64,000 nucleotides of DNA from Balanoglossus misakiensis. Taxonomy: Eukaryota; Animalia; Hemichordata. Positions 36,300 to 50,184 of the stretch are shown here, piece after piece; positions within the stretch are counted from its first letter, which is position 1, and the number at the start of each line of letters is the position of its first letter. The DNA is taken from positions 9,599,918 to 9,663,917 of the forward strand of contig CM082595.2 in assembly GCA_040954595.2 (NCBI GenBank), read 5' to 3'. The notes under the pieces were generated by a model. The model searched no databases and was not told the origin of the DNA. It saw only the letters and a list, made by a program, of their open reading frames with translations. The position numbers were made by a program, and so were the translations under genes.

Positions 36300-37790
36300 T
36301 TTTAAAGTGATCAACCATGCACTTTCTGAGAATTTTTTTTATGCCCCCAAAATACAATTTTTTCATTTTCAGAACATTTATGATATATCACAGTAAAAAA
36401 ATCCCCTGGAAACTGCAAAACAAAAAATTGCAAAGCAATCAAACAAAAATGGCAAAAATTGTCCACAAAAACTATATTGACAGTTCCATCATAGGATTTG
36501 TTAAAATGTCGTGATAACACACCTAGGAACCTGCAAACCAAATTTCAAAGAACTGTGAGTAGAGGTTTTTGAGTATTTGACCAAAATCACCCCAAAAATA
36601 TACTTCAAACCAGATATTAACTGAATATGCTCACGTGCAGTACTGTGATTGGTTGACAGAATAACAAGATTAGAAAAACCAGTGTTAAACCAATTTGGTT
36701 TATAGTGTATATGGTGTAAGGGTTGTGTGTTGCACCATTGTGAAATGTAAACATGTTTGTGGAATTCTTGCCTTGTCAATTTTTGTAAGGGGTTATGAGT
36801 CATGTACCCCATCCTGAACTGCATAAAAAGATAAGTCTATGGAATTCTAAAACTCGTTAATCAAAAATGGCAAGAAATATACCAAAAAGTATGAATATTT
36901 CACCAGATTTCAACAAATCTGATTTCTGTTCATGCCTAAGAACCTCTTTAACAAGTTTCAATAAGGAAGACATTTTGGCAAACAACAGGTAATTCAGACA
37001 AATCTGACTGATATCACATATATGAATTCCCATTCAAAGTTTCCAATCAATTGGACTTGTGGTTTCACTGAAGACTATTTGGCCAAACCCTGCAGAATTC
37101 CCAAAAAATACAATTATGCAAATTTCTTTACAATTTGATCATATCTGACTGAGATCACCCCTAGAAACCCAAATACAAAGTATCAAAACAATTGCACTTA
37201 CAGTTTCACGGGATTTGATTTTTTGACAAAAACAGGAAATATTGCCCAAAAATGCATTTTTGCAAATTTCACCACCGTTTGCACAAATGTGATTCAGGTA
37301 AGCCCTATGAACCTCCATACCAAGTTTCCAATCAATTGGACATGTAATTTCAGAGAAGAATTTTTTTAAACAAAACTGCAGAAAATTCCCCCAAACATTC
37401 ATAAAAAATAGCAAACGCCAGATACTGACTCCACCTGAACAAAATCATACGAGGTCTTCCCATAGTACTTGCACACCAATGCACGCCAATTTTTAACTGA
37501 ATCTGATCCGCTGTTATTAAGTTTTTCAATTTTGACTATTTGAACATTTTTCCAGTTAATACCAGTATGCATTTTTTCGCAATAACAATTTCTATGTACA
37601 CACTAAATATCAGTAGTTTCAAGTTTTTGATGTTGATGGACATACACATACATACATCAATACATTTAGACGAAACTGATCCATTCGCAAAATACATAAT
37701 TCTGTATGAGGCACACATACAGACATACATAGACGACGGACACCAACTTATGCTATAAGCTGACATTGATATACATGTTAGCCAAAAACC
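36300..37790 (-). repeat. Degenerate HINE-like interspersed repeat
   Basis: Recurrent CCAAGTTTCCAATCAATTGGAC-like modules, a CATA/CAGA microsatellite and a weak terminal palindrome GCTGACA..TGTTAGC (~37759-37782). Boundaries are approximate. Confidence 0.4.
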
Positions 37791-38679
37791 AAAATCAACC
37801 TCAAAATAGACATTAAAATATATTGCACCACCATGAGAAGACAAATTCATTTTTCGACAAATTTTCTGGGGCGTCATTGATATAGCATGGCATATTGTCA
37901 AAGTACGTAGTCTCTGTGATAAGATTCCATACACACAAAATGGTAACCTTGGAAGTCCAGCTGACGTAGTTATGCAATGGCGTCTCGTGTATTCCGTCGC
38001 CAAAAAATCATCGTAAAATTGATAGTCGGGGTCACAATTCAAGACGACTTTCTCTAAATTCTTTATGAATGGATTAAATCGAAATCGAAATGTTGACGTA
38101 TGACGTACGGAATGAGATCTGAACAGACATTCAATGTTATCATTCTCGCTCGATCACATATTGGGTAAGCCATCTAGCAATCGCTATATAGTATTGGCGA
38201 TAACAGACTGTCTATAAACTCACAAAACGGATTTTACTGTTGAGTGTGATCAACCGCCACGTTATTTTTCTCTGAACAATAGACAAATAGAAAGCCTGGT
38301 GACATTTTGAGATTGACTGCGTGAGGACCACAATATGCGTGAATCATTTACGGTTTGTCTTGATGAATGGGTCACGTCATAGTCATAACGCGGATTCGGC
38401 TGCACGCCAACTATCCGCCATATATTGTCTCCACTAACTTACTCGTAAGTAGTTTCAAACTTCATTTGAAAAGAGTATTCGTCTGACAGTCCTGTAGATT
38501 AACAATTTACGCTCTATGAAGCAACTAAACAACGTTAGCTTCCTTGTGGATTCACGTAGGGAAGTTATTCGTAACGACGGGTACATCGTCTGAGCATGGA
38601 CAGAACAACGGCAATATCGCCAGGAATGTCTCATTTCACAGCGCCCTCAAACAGTCGATCTCCTCAAACTATCGTTTCC

Positions 38680-38965
38680 ACTGGTCATATATGCGGCATT
38701 AACGAAAGCTCACATAGACAACCATGTAATAGAAAAATTAAAACTTAAATAACTTCATTAATATCAAAGCTACACCCACCAAAACATTTTCAGTTCTTGC
38801 CATATGATATCTGAACCTGTGTACTAAATTTGGTTGAAATCGGTTCAGCGGTTCTTGAGATATCGGGTATACAGACAGACACACACACACATACATACAT
38901 ACACACACACACACACAGACATCGCTAAACCATAAGCTCACGTGATTTTCACGTGAGCTAAAAAT
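38680..38965 (-). mobile_element. Short HINE-like element (AGCTCAC subfamily)
   Basis: Terminal palindrome AGCTCACGTGA-TTT-TCACGTGAGCT (38935-38959), adjacent CA/CATA microsatellite, and a second AAGCTCAC at ~38706. Confidence 0.6.
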
Positions 38966-39714
38966 GAAAAAAAATCCATGAGGTCTCAAAATGAATACAC
39001 ACCAATTTCTAAAGCAATTTGACCAGTTTCCACCAATTTCACATTCCCAGTGGTAGATAGACATATACGAAATGGGAACCAAAGAATAAAACACATTTCA
39101 AAGATTTAACATCTTTTTCCTCAAGAGTGTTTTTCAAATCTTCTCCACATCCTTCAAAATCGCCACCATAAAGCCATATTACTTGTAGTGCTTATGTTTG
39201 TCATATCTAGGTGATGCATACCACTATAGATGTGTACCCTTTGTATAGAGGCAGATTAAACAGGTGTGGTACCTGTTAAATATCTGACTTCTTTAAATTA
39301 CAGCCACAATCGTCTGTCAACAAGATGTTCATGTAGATGTATACCTAGCAGTAAGCTTATTTAGATTGACAAATCTTAGATGAAAATAATGAAAAAGTGG
39401 CACAACCCTTAGGGCTTTAACTAGCAGCTTTATGCCAGATGAGTTCGAGTCTAACGATGTAATGTTGACATTAAGGTTTCATTGAAATAACTTGGGAACC
39501 TCTCTACTATTTGAAGCACCAAAGCTGTGAAAAACTTCCTTCTTTCCCTGAGTTTTTTATGAATATCTTCTAATCTGGGACAAAAATTTGTTGCCAAGTG
39601 TCTTGACTCCTTTACCAAATGTCAGGGACCGGATTTTTTTCAGCAAAATTTCAAATAACCTTGGCTGATTTTTTACCTACTTTCACATATTGGGTAGCAT
39701 GAAAAAAAGTATGG

Positions 39715-40905
39715 CTTCCAGAAGGGTTATAGATACAGTGTTTTGTAATAACAAGAATTAACATGAAACTATAATTTCATGGTTAATTTAGGACCGCCTT
39801 AATCTATGGTAACGTCATTAAATATTTGCATATCTAATTGTAGGCTATCCAGTGGAGGGAGAAACCTAAACATGGACAACATTGGGGTCAAAATTGTTTG
39901 ACAGAACTTTGGGTGACTTTGGGTAAACCTTGACCAACATTACTATATCTTGGCATCCAGAGCAGATGCAACCTTGACACTTGGAGTGATGGAAATGCAT
40001 AATGGAGTATTATGTCTCAGCTAGTCACAGTGCTTTTGCTGTGTTTTATGTCTTTTATTCAGCCAAATTAGATGTTTTTTATTACACATTGGCTGTGTTT
40101 TCCAGTACTTTTTAGCTGGTCACACTGCCTTAAGACAATGTATTCTCAAAATACCATGCAATCATTATGAAGCATATACAGCAGACAACGTTATGGTATG
40201 ACTGAACTTGCCCTTCTTTGTGACTAAAGCATGACCGGCCTGTCTTAGGTGGCCCCTACCTAGGGGCTTTACCCGTCATTGGCTCACAGTCTGAGAAATC
40301 AGCTCTGCAGGGAAGTTAACGATGTAACCCACCATTAAAGCTTGGATTTCCGCTTTTTGTATCTGATGCCTGGCTGAGGCCTTCTTAGGATCTACCCAAC
40401 GCTGAGTAGGCTATCCCGTCATTGGCACACAGTCTCAGGGAGGGAGTCCAAAGTTCAGTATACCAGCAAAGCCTTTATATTGTCCATTCTTTTTAAGAGA
40501 AGGCTGGCTGCTGTAGAAAAATGTTGATCTCAAATGTATCATGTCCAAAAAAAGGCAGACTTCCAGCCCTATTGGTTAGGCTGGCATTAGGTATGTACAT
40601 AATTAATGAGACAAGACATAATATTCCATTACATAGTTCAATAACTCCAAGTGTCAAGGATGTATCTGTGCCGGATGCCAAGATATAGGAATGTAGGTCA
40701 AAGTTTACCCAAGATCACCCAAAAGTTTGTCAAAAGATTTTGACCCCAGAGTTGTCCATGTCCAGGTTACCACATCCTCTAGAATAAGATATGCACATAT
40801 TTAATGAGGTTACCATAGCTCAAGGGGGTCTTTAATTAACCATCAACATTTAGTTTCATATTAATGCATGTTAATATAATACACTGTATCTATAACCCTA
40901 CTGGT
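39715..40905. repeat. Inverted pair of degenerate HINE-core fragments (39715-40020 / 40610-40905)
   Basis: AGGGTTATAGATACAGTGT pairs with ACACTGTATCTATAACCCT; TATATCTTGGCATCC pairs with GGATGCCAAGATATA. Confidence 0.65.
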
Positions 40906-41479
40906 AAGCCTAGAATTAGGTACATGCGAAAGTTTTTGACAAGATAGATAAGTTGTAAAATATGTACATGAACCTGACAATTGACTTAAAATAACATAAG
41001 GCAGACTTGATACTTATCGGAGATAGATACTAATAACAACAGTGATGTTAATTACACCGGGAATGTTTGTCTTATTATAGCTACATGTAAAAGACTGCTT
41101 GAGGTAATGTAATTAAAGTGACCACTTGCGATTCACCTTCAAAGTGCTATGCAAGTCTACGGTACATTGTTTTTCCAATGATTGGACAAAGGATATTCAT
41201 AATGTGTAATTAAGGCTGGATAGCATTTTCAATGTAATAAGCCCTGCCTTCACTATAATCTTACGCCAAATCAACATTGTTCAGTTTATGTTAATAATTT
41301 CACTAAGGGACACTTGTTACATCAAATTTCCCAGCAAGGGGTGTCAGATTATTGGGCAAGTGGCATGCATGACACTAGACGATACTTTTGGAAGCAAAGC
41401 GGACAGAACACGGCTGGATATAGACTAGGTAATTCTGAATGTGACCATGAACTGTACCACAGACTCTGTATTGTATGTT

Positions 41480-44392
41480 TCTGAAGAATCCCATTTAACC
41501 CAGACATCAACATACTTCAACCTTGTAAGAAGTAGAACATACATGATTTACTAGTAAATATTTGCTAGGTTATTACACACTTTGGATTACACAAAAATAG
41601 GTGTGTACACCGCTGTGACATTGCCAAGCAGATATGACCTACCAGGTAACCTAATACAATTTCACAGGAATCGGAGTATTTTCAGTGAAAACAACATTTC
41701 TTCAACAATGACAAAAACTGCCTCAACCACAAAAATTCAGATATCAACAAATCCAACAATATCTCACTTCAATCACCACAAGGAACATGCCTACCAAAAT
41801 TGAAAGCAATTTGACATGCGGTTTCAAAGAATACAAATTGCAAAAATTGCCTCAAGACCACAAATATGCAAATTTCACCAAAATGATATACAACATTACT
41901 TGGGTTACCTCATGGAACAAGCAAACCAAAATTTAAATGCAACCTGACCTGACATGGAGTTTCAGAGAAAATGATTTTTGACCAAAAATGACAAAATTAT
42001 ATTTCCCAAAAATTACAAATTTTGCCACAATTTAAACAATACTAACAAAGATTACCTATAGGAAATAGCTTACTAAATTATAGATACAATTCACGATATT
42101 AGCTGAAAGTATATCAGGCGTGACATAGGCTACATGCATACAAATGTTCAAAGCAATCTGACCAGTTGTTGAGTTTCTGAGTTTTGATCAATTTCACATT
42201 GCTCCAGGTAATTAGCATATTTCATTTGAACAGGCGTGCCTGCATCTAAAAACCCAATATCAAGACTTACCACACAGACTCTGTATTGTATGTTTCTGGA
42301 GTAATCAAATAAAACCAATCATGAAAATACTTCAACCTTCTTAATATGAACAAAATCCTATTTACAGGCTGGCCTACATCTACACACCAAATATCAAGGG
42401 GATACGCGAAGGGGTTTTCAAGTTTTTGATGTGGACAGACATACATACATCCATACATACTACATACACACATACAGAGGCAACTGACTGGTCAGAAGGC
42501 ATGAGCAAAAATGCAGGAAATCAATGTTGTGACACTGGTAGTAGGCCTTAATGTATACAATATCAAGACAGTTTATTTAACATGAAGTTTGATATGTTCA
42601 TAATCATTCAGAGCTAAGCATATTTTGAAATTGTAAAATTAATATCAATCACATGAAAACTGACAGCATGCTTTCATTTGGGAATTTAGGTATTGTAATT
42701 AACACTAACAGTCATGAAACTATTGAATCGTCAATAAAATCATACAGTAGAAATTAATGGGTTTTCTATTTATATGCGATATGAAAATGCAACTTGTGGT
42801 CCTTCGGCCAGTAAGAGGCATCAGATAATATTGTAAGACCCAGTTGCCCAATTGATTAGACCTACATGTATGCGCTGTGTGAAGCGCAAGTTATGGCAAC
42901 TGAATTCACAGGACACTGAAGAAAGTGGAATCACTCAAGGTACATATGTATACATGTAGGCTAACAATCACAACACAGAGAATAGTTCTCCATATTCATT
43001 TTTAATACGATAAGATTCACTGAATTGGCGCATCCATGGGCAGGCAAGGTTAGTTCCAACTCAGTTTGCAAATCAGGCCCATGTATCTTGTTCCCTGAGA
43101 CTGTCTGCTTCTAATAATAGCTGTAAGAACATAATCGTTGACCGAATGGTTGGTTCAATTTTGCAACATTTTATGATTTCAAGCTGTGCAATATTTGCAA
43201 CTCAGTTTCAACTTTGGTTGGAGGGATGATGATGAAGCAATTTCACTGACAAAATAGCACTACTAACTGACGTCAATATTTGTTCAAAGTTAAATGCATT
43301 GCTATCAGAAAAATGTATACTAAAAGTTTCGTATGTGAATAATAACACTTTTTCGTATAACTGCAAACCCTGTCACAGTTGTGAAATTCTAAGAAAATTC
43401 ATTCATTAGGTAGAATTCGTGCTTTATGAATTCTTAAACAAACTTAGTCATGAAACCTAAATGGTTACCTTACACATGTTGAGGCTCGACTTCTGTGATA
43501 TGATAGTCTTTAATTAATGTGTATGTGATTCCATACAAATCCATATGATTACCTGAACATACAAAATAAATTAAAAATAAATACATAAATTAAAAATAAA
43601 TAAGTATCTCATACATATGCATAAGTGCTTGTGAGAAATATATCATATATCTAAATAAACCTGTCATTTATTGACCTCATTTTCCCAGTAAACCAAAGGA
43701 CTAAATTGCACTTTAATATTACAGCTTCATTTCAATGCAACAGGTACACTACATCATAAGGGAACAAATATGCCAGCTCAACATTTATATAAACAGTGTC
43801 AAAATATAAGTGGCTACAAAAGCTTGTGTCCCTTCAATCCATTCTCCCACTCAGGTCAAATGTGTTACATATTAAAATTGCAATGTGCATAATATACAAT
43901 TAGTCTTTTGTAAATTCAGACTGAGAAAATATGACTGATAAACATTATCTGGCACATGTTGGTGAATGGCTGGCGCTGATGTTGTGGGTTGAAATCCGAA
44001 CTATGATTATCGCGGGTACAAATCACATTTATTTTCTCAGAGACAACACGTTTGCAACTTCGGGACAGAAAGGTGAAAACGAACGTCATTAGTTCTTGGG
44101 AAAAAACTCTGAAATCAATTTCGGTGAGGTCAAATGTGTTCCAAAGGCAAACCGTTTCTGGTAAACAAATCAATGGCAAATAGTTACTTCGGCGACTTAC
44201 CAATCAATCAACATGGCTGCCAAATCGTTGGATATCCCGGTTTCATCTCGCGATCATTCTATCTTCCGATATGGCGTTGCTTGGTTAAATTCGCCTCTTC
44301 TTTGCCGACATAGTCGGGCGACAGCGGTCCAGAAGCATATACAGCGACGCCATCTTGTTTACAATGTGAAGTATCAACTGCGCATGCTCAAT
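41480..44392 (+). repeat. Left arm of a large imperfect inverted duplication
   Basis: Reverse-complement similarity to 60876-64000 throughout. Paralogous translations at 44213(+) and 61040(-). Inner boundary at TGCGCATGCTCAAT. Confidence 0.85.
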
Positions 44393-44924
44393 GGTTGTTG
44401 ATTGGAAAGTGGGCAGAGCCTGCAAGATCCAGGGTTCGCTTGACCGGCCAAACGCGGTTATTCTCCCTAGACCAAATCATTTAAGCGTCAGGCGTAATAC
44501 ATCACATAATTGACTGGAAAACTAAACAGTCTTCCACCTATATATCAACACAGTTTATTAAACCAGCACCCGCGCAAATATTCACAAGTATATGATTAAA
44601 ATTGATGAAATCATTAATCGCACGGTTACAGCTGTCATAGTTTCTAATAATATTATTCACTGGTAGCGCTGACATACCATGTTGAAACTTGTCGCGGAAA
44701 ACAAGATAATTGATCTTACGGTGTCATTTGTTTTTAAAAAGTGCTTAATAACTATTGATCCCATTGATATATTTTTTCCATATTTATATATTTTTCGCAA
44801 ATTTTGACTGCTTGGGCTACTAATAGCATGGTGATCACAATGGATTTACCACCTCCCAGCTGCGTTATAAAAGAATGCCTATTCTGTGGACACTAGCCTC
44901 ATCGAAGACCGAACGTGTTCATCG

Positions 44925-45023
44925 ATGTTTCCATTCATGACGAACTCCAATGCAGGCGTCGCAGTCATTCTGGCTTTCACGCTGTGGGCACCTCTGGTGA
45001 CAGCAATTCCCAACAAGTTGCGG
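44925..45023 (+). pseudogene. Signal-peptide-like first exon (probably of the pentraxin-like gene remnant)
   Basis: MFPFMTNSNAGVAVILAFTLWAPLVTAIPNKLR followed by a consensus donor CGG|GTAAGT. Confidence 0.45.
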
Positions 45024-45176
45024 GTAAGTAATCACACAACCTATATGAGTGAAAGTTTCTTGTCATTTTCGCAACGTCAAGGTTGATATTCTCTTCTTGG
45101 ATCGAAAATGTGTGACACAACAAATGAATCTGCGTGGCAGGGTCGGCTGTGTCTTTTGCTTCGAGGCATAGTCGTC

Positions 45177-45910
45177 TGTCACGCATCGACGGCTATACGT
45201 GAACTAGACAAATCGAATCGAACGATCAAATCTACGAAAATATATTCCACCTGGGGATTTAATTACTAATCATGAAAATATTACCCGTACATCAAAATAC
45301 CATATACAGACATGACAATCAAAACGCCACGTGGTCAAACTTATGAAAATAATCCGTTACAATCTTAACTTATCTTAACTTAACTTAAATCTAATAAATA
45401 AAGTCCGACAAACATCGTCCTCGTTGGCATGCATGTGGAGTCTGGTAATTCATCCAGGTCTTCCTCCTGTCCGACTTGACCGCGACGCAGATACTCTTCG
45501 TGCACTTGCCAAAGTACACCGAGACGTCACCGCACATTCATTCCACACCAGCAATGTCCATTGACAGATCAAAGTTCCGTACGGCTAAACGCCCAATTTC
45601 AGAACATCTCGACATCAATTCAGTGTAGTGTGCTGGGTTATTAAAATATACCACAGGTTGAGATGAAAAGTGATAGTCAAAACTCACATGGTTGGAGGAT
45701 GTCTATGGATCCAAAATCATACACGTCAAACGCTATGGCTGCCATCCTATCAAATCCCCTAGGAAGTAGTCAGACCAGGTGGTCCTCAAGACTCCCCAAG
45801 CTACTAAAACACACGTATTCAATATACTAAATCTCACCACCGAGGGCGTAAACTCTAGAGAGACAATTACAAGTACATACAATTATGCTATATCACAGAA
45901 TATCGTCACA
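45177..45910 (-). repeat. 3' LTR of the Gmr1-like element
   Basis: Matches 54608-55341; adjacent to the PPT. Confidence 0.97.
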
Positions 45911-46088
45911 CCCCCCTTCCAGAACAAGAAATTTTGGTATTGAAGATTCCAAAATTTCTAAGAATTCTAACTCTAGATTTACAAATACAATATATACTTT
46001 TTTTTTTTTTACAACTTTAAATATTTTCCTCTTAAGTAGCAAAATATATCTTTCATGAGAGATATATACACCAGTCAATTACAGTTAA

Positions 46089-47516
46089 TTAATACATACG
46101 GGATAAAGCATCGGCGCATACATTATCTTTTCCCCGAATGTGCCTAATCTCCAAGTCATATTCTTGTAACAACAAACTCCAATTAAGCAATCGTCGATTC
46201 TTATTTCTCATCTTATGCAAGAATACCAGCGGATTATGGTCTGTAAAAACTACAACGGGTTTCCCAGATGAAGTTACATAGATTTCAAAGTGCTGAACTG
46301 CTAAGACTAAAGCAAGGGCTTCCTTCTCGATAGTAGAGTAATTCTGTTGACAAGAATTAAATTTCCTAGAAAAATAAGCAACTGAGTGTGCCACATTAGC
46401 ACCATCAAATTGAAGTAATACAGCCCCAGCTCCCACGTCACTCGCGTCTACATTCAATGCGAATGGTTTGGTAAAGTCGGGTGCTTTCAACACTGGTACA
46501 GTACACAGCAACGATTTGACTTTGTCAAATGATATCTGACATGACGAAGACCATTCAAATTTTCTGCCCTTCTTTAACAAATTGGTTAGAGGGGCAGCCA
46601 CTTCAGAAAAGTTTCTACAAAATTTCCTGTAGTAACCGGCCATCCCCAAGAAACGCATTAAACCACGTCGATTTACTGGCACCGGATATTCAACAATATC
46701 TTTAATCTTAGCAGTAAGAGGAGCCACTTCACCTCCCCCCACAATATGGCCTAAATACCTAACTTTAGCCTTTCCGAATTGACATTTACTCAAATTTACA
46801 GTCAAGTTATCTCGTCGCAATCGGTCAAACAATTTGTCAAGTGATGCTACATGTTCAGACCAAAGTACACCACCATATGAGGCAATGTCATCGATATAGG
46901 GATCTGTTTCTTTCATCCCTTCTACACATGAATTCATCATTCGTTGAAAAGTAGCTCCAGAATTTTTCATGCCAAAAGGCATAACTTTATACTGATACAA
47001 ACCATCTGGTGTGGCAAAAGCAGATATCTCCTTGGCTCTTTCAGTCAATGGAACACACCAATAACCTTTAAGCAAGTCTAAAGTAGTTATATACTGTGCT
47101 TTACCAATGCGATCTATACAGTCATCAATCCGAGGGATGGGATAAGAATCAGTTTTGGTGATGGCATTAACTTTCCTGTAATCAGTACAAAATCTTACAC
47201 CGCCATCAGGCTTATCCACCAAAAGACATGGCGAAGCCCAACAGCTATTGCTAGTTTCGATGATATCATTATTCAACATATATTTAATTTCACCCCGAAT
47301 TTTCTCAAGCTTCTCAGGGTTCACCCGATATGGATGTTGTTTGATGGGTCTGGTATTTCCCACATCTACATCATGAAAACACACATTAGTCCTCTTCGGC
47401 ACATCAGGAAACAAATCGACATACTTATCTAATAACTGACTAATATCTTTCCTGTGGTCAGGTGACAAATGCCCCAATAAAGTATCCCGATTACTCAACA
47501 GCTCTGAGTTTTTCAA
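46089..47516 (-). CDS. pol: pol: reverse transcriptase and RNase H (separated from IN by an in-frame TAA at 47517-47519)
   Basis: PIKQHPYR, RFCTDYRKVN, LDLLKGYW, MPFGMKN, YIDDI, VDASDVGAGAVL, YSTIEKE, TDHNPL, NVCADALSR. Confidence 0.95.
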   Translation of the reverse strand: MKNSELLSNRDTLLGHLSPDHRKDISQLLDKYVDLFPDVPKRTNVCFHDVDVGNTRPIKQHPYRVNPEKLEKIRGEIKYMLNNDIIETSNSCWASPCLLVDKPDGGVRFCTDYRKVNAITKTDSYPIPRIDDCIDRIGKAQYITTLDLLKGYWCVPLTERAKEISAFATPDGLYQYKVMPFGMKNSGATFQRMMNSCVEGMKETDPYIDDIASYGGVLWSEHVASLDKLFDRLRRDNLTVNLSKCQFGKAKVRYLGHIVGGGEVAPLTAKIKDIVEYPVPVNRRGLMRFLGMAGYYRKFCRNFSEVAAPLTNLLKKGRKFEWSSSCQISFDKVKSLLCTVPVLKAPDFTKPFALNVDASDVGAGAVLLQFDGANVAHSVAYFSRKFNSCQQNYSTIEKEALALVLAVQHFEIYVTSSGKPVVVFTDHNPLVFLHKMRNKNRRLLNWSLLLQEYDLEIRHIRGKDNVCADALSRMY

Positions 47517-48542
47517 TTATACATCATGGTCGCTCTTAACGTCAGCAACTGCTACATATGTCGAGTCTGTTTCATGATCTACTTCTGGAGACATTATAGG
47601 CAATACATTATGTACATGGTTTTCATTACGATAAAGCTTTAACATGTTTATATGACATAATTGTGTCGCCTTTCGACGATCAGGAGTTTCAATTACATAA
47701 TTTACATCATCAACCTTCTCTAGAATTTTATACGGACCATGAAAACGTGCGCTCAAAGCATTTCCGGTTATGGGCAACAACGCTAATACTTTGTCACCAG
47801 GTTTAAAGGCGCGACTCTTCGCTACCCTATCGTACAAGTGTTTCATTTTATTTTGGGATGATTTCAAATTAGCTCGAGCAAGTTCACATGCCTCACTGAG
47901 TCTGGATTTAAATGTGGACACATACTTCAACAAGGTCATACCCGATGGACTGTCGTCAAGCCATTGTTCCTTCAGCAATTTAAGAGGACCGCGCACTCGA
48001 TGGCCGAATATCAATTCAAATGGACTAAACCCCAACGACTCCTGAACAGACTCTCGAACTGCAAAAAGCAACAAATGCACCCCTTCGTCCCAATCCTTGT
48101 CATTGTTGAAACAATACACTCGAATCATATTTTTCAAGGTAGAATGGAACCTCTCTAAAGCCCCCTGCGACTCTGGATGATACGCACTGGATTTAACCTG
48201 ATTTATCCCCATGTGATAAACTAGCTGCTGAAATAACCCAGACATAAAATTAGTTGCCTGGTCAGATTGAATCTCTCGTGGAAATCCAACCCATGCAAAG
48301 AAACGTGACAGTGCTCCGGCAATCACTGGAGCCGTTATGTTCCGAAGTGGATCGCCTCAGGAAAACGCGTAGACATACACATAATAGTCAGCAAATACTG
48401 ATTCCTAGATCTAGTTTTTGGCAGAGGCCCTACACAATCAATCAGAATCTTACTAAACGGTTCATCGAAGGCAGGGATGGGTTTCAACGGAGCGACAGGA
48501 ACAGATTGATTAGGTTTTCCGACCAACTGACAAACATGACAA
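47517..48542 (-). pseudogene. pol: pol: integrase core and C-terminal domain (1-bp frameshift at ~48350)
   Basis: CHVCQLVGK, IDCVGPLP, TRFPEAI, SDQATNF, AYHPESQGALER, GFSPFELIFG, FHGPY, HINMLK. Confidence 0.92.
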
Positions 48543-48716
48543 TGAGACATTTGAGTACTTTTGTGAATGGCGCCCTCTGTGTCAAGAGGTGGGAGGTGGG
48601 TAGCCTCGTTTTGGAGAGGGAACGCCATCTTGTTTTTGGTGTGTGATTGTAGATGTCGAGCATGGTCTGATGTGAATAAAGAGTCCATTGAAATACAGTT
48701 GTGTGTAGACGTTTCA
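48543..48716 (+). repeat. 5' LTR of the nested element
   Basis: TGAGAC..AATAAA..GTTTCA followed by the PBS. Confidence 0.95.
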
Positions 48717-48737
48717 ATGGTGGCAGCGGTGTAAACG

Positions 48738-49931
48738 ATGGCCAAAAAAGTAGAATATTTCACCGGGGAGGAGAGAGGAGAACTGGAACCTTGGTTGGAT
48801 AGATTCGATGCTATCATTGAGGCAGAAGGTAAAGAGAACAAAGCTGCAGCAATAATACGCACGTGTTTGAAAGGAGATGCAGCGACCGTAATCCAATTGC
48901 TGTCGGTAGATGACAAAAAGGACATAGATAAGATAAAGGTAGAGTTGAGAAAACATTTTGGATTGAAGAGAGATGAATTGTCAGCACAGCGGGAATTTCA
49001 TTGCCGTAAACTGGAATCCGGGGAGAGCATTGGGAAGTTCGTGCGTTCCCTAAGAAAGCTTGCAATTGAAGGATTTCCCAAATGCGTTGGTAGCGGATTA
49101 GACTCAATTATCAAAGGTCAGTTTATCGTCGGTCTTCCTAGGGAATTGGGCGACCAGTTATCTGTTGCCTTACACTACAAAGTTGCCGAAGCGGAGTTAA
49201 GTGAGGTCGTGGATTTTGCCACGAACTGCAACCGACGTGGAATACGGCGCACTCTGGTAGAACGACGCAAATTAGATTCTGCACCATGGTTGCCATCAGT
49301 CTGCTGGCTCCCTGACCCTGCAGCATCCATCCCTTCATTTCCAGTCGGCTCCATTTCCGTCTGACGGTCTGGTACCACACTCCCCTGGGTGGGTAACACA
49401 CTCCCCTGGGTTGGTATATTTCCTATACGTGAACTTCCCAAAAGATCCCCATCCTCAGAATCGGAATATATGTTTGAAAGGAGATGCAGCGACCGTAATC
49501 TGTGCAATGAAATTCCCGCTGTGCTGACAATTCATCTCTCTTCATTTCTGTTTGCCACGAACTGGCAAAAATATCAGACAAAGGAGAACACTATTTCTGT
49601 TGACAACGTCATGCAAGTAGGGGAGGTCGATACAACCGTAAGTAGTGTGGTACGCGAGGCTGTTGAATCTGCAATTTCAAGCTTAGAGCCAACAATTTCA
49701 GCAATGGTTGATGCGCAAGTTAATCGGGTGTACGGAAACCAGAGCAACCAACAAAGAGGTCGTGGTAGAACCAGTCGCTCATCAACAAGGCCTGCACAGA
49801 CAACTGGTAAGTGTTTTGAATGTGGACGGTTCGGCCATTTTAGAAGAAACTGTCCTAATCGGTTCCAGTGTTTCAAGTGTCATCGTTACGGACATAAGGC
49901 AGCCAATTGTCCTGAATTTTACCCAAACTAG
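48738..49931 (+). pseudogene. gag: gag of the nested element, interrupted by a templated insertion at 49226-49564
   Basis: Capsid-like FTGE..WLDRF..CLKGDA..ESIGKFVRSLRKLA..QFIVGL. Two CCHC knuckles, CFECGRFGHFRRNC and CFKCHRYGHKAANC. Confidence 0.85.
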
Positions 49932-50184
49932 TGGGAGGTCGGGGCGCTGGCCAGCCCTTGACCTCTGTTGAGAAGACGGCCATGGATGGTCTGTGTACTG
50001 ATGATCTGGTGAGTGGCAATGTTCGGGGGACCCCGGAACTGCCTGTCCGGGGCCTTAGAGCCTGGGGATTGCCACATGACCAGAATCAGTATCATAGTCA
50101 ACAAACTGTTACCGAACAACAAATGAACAACGATGAACTCTCACCCCAAATATTAACCACAATGACTTCACGCACATGCGGCGA

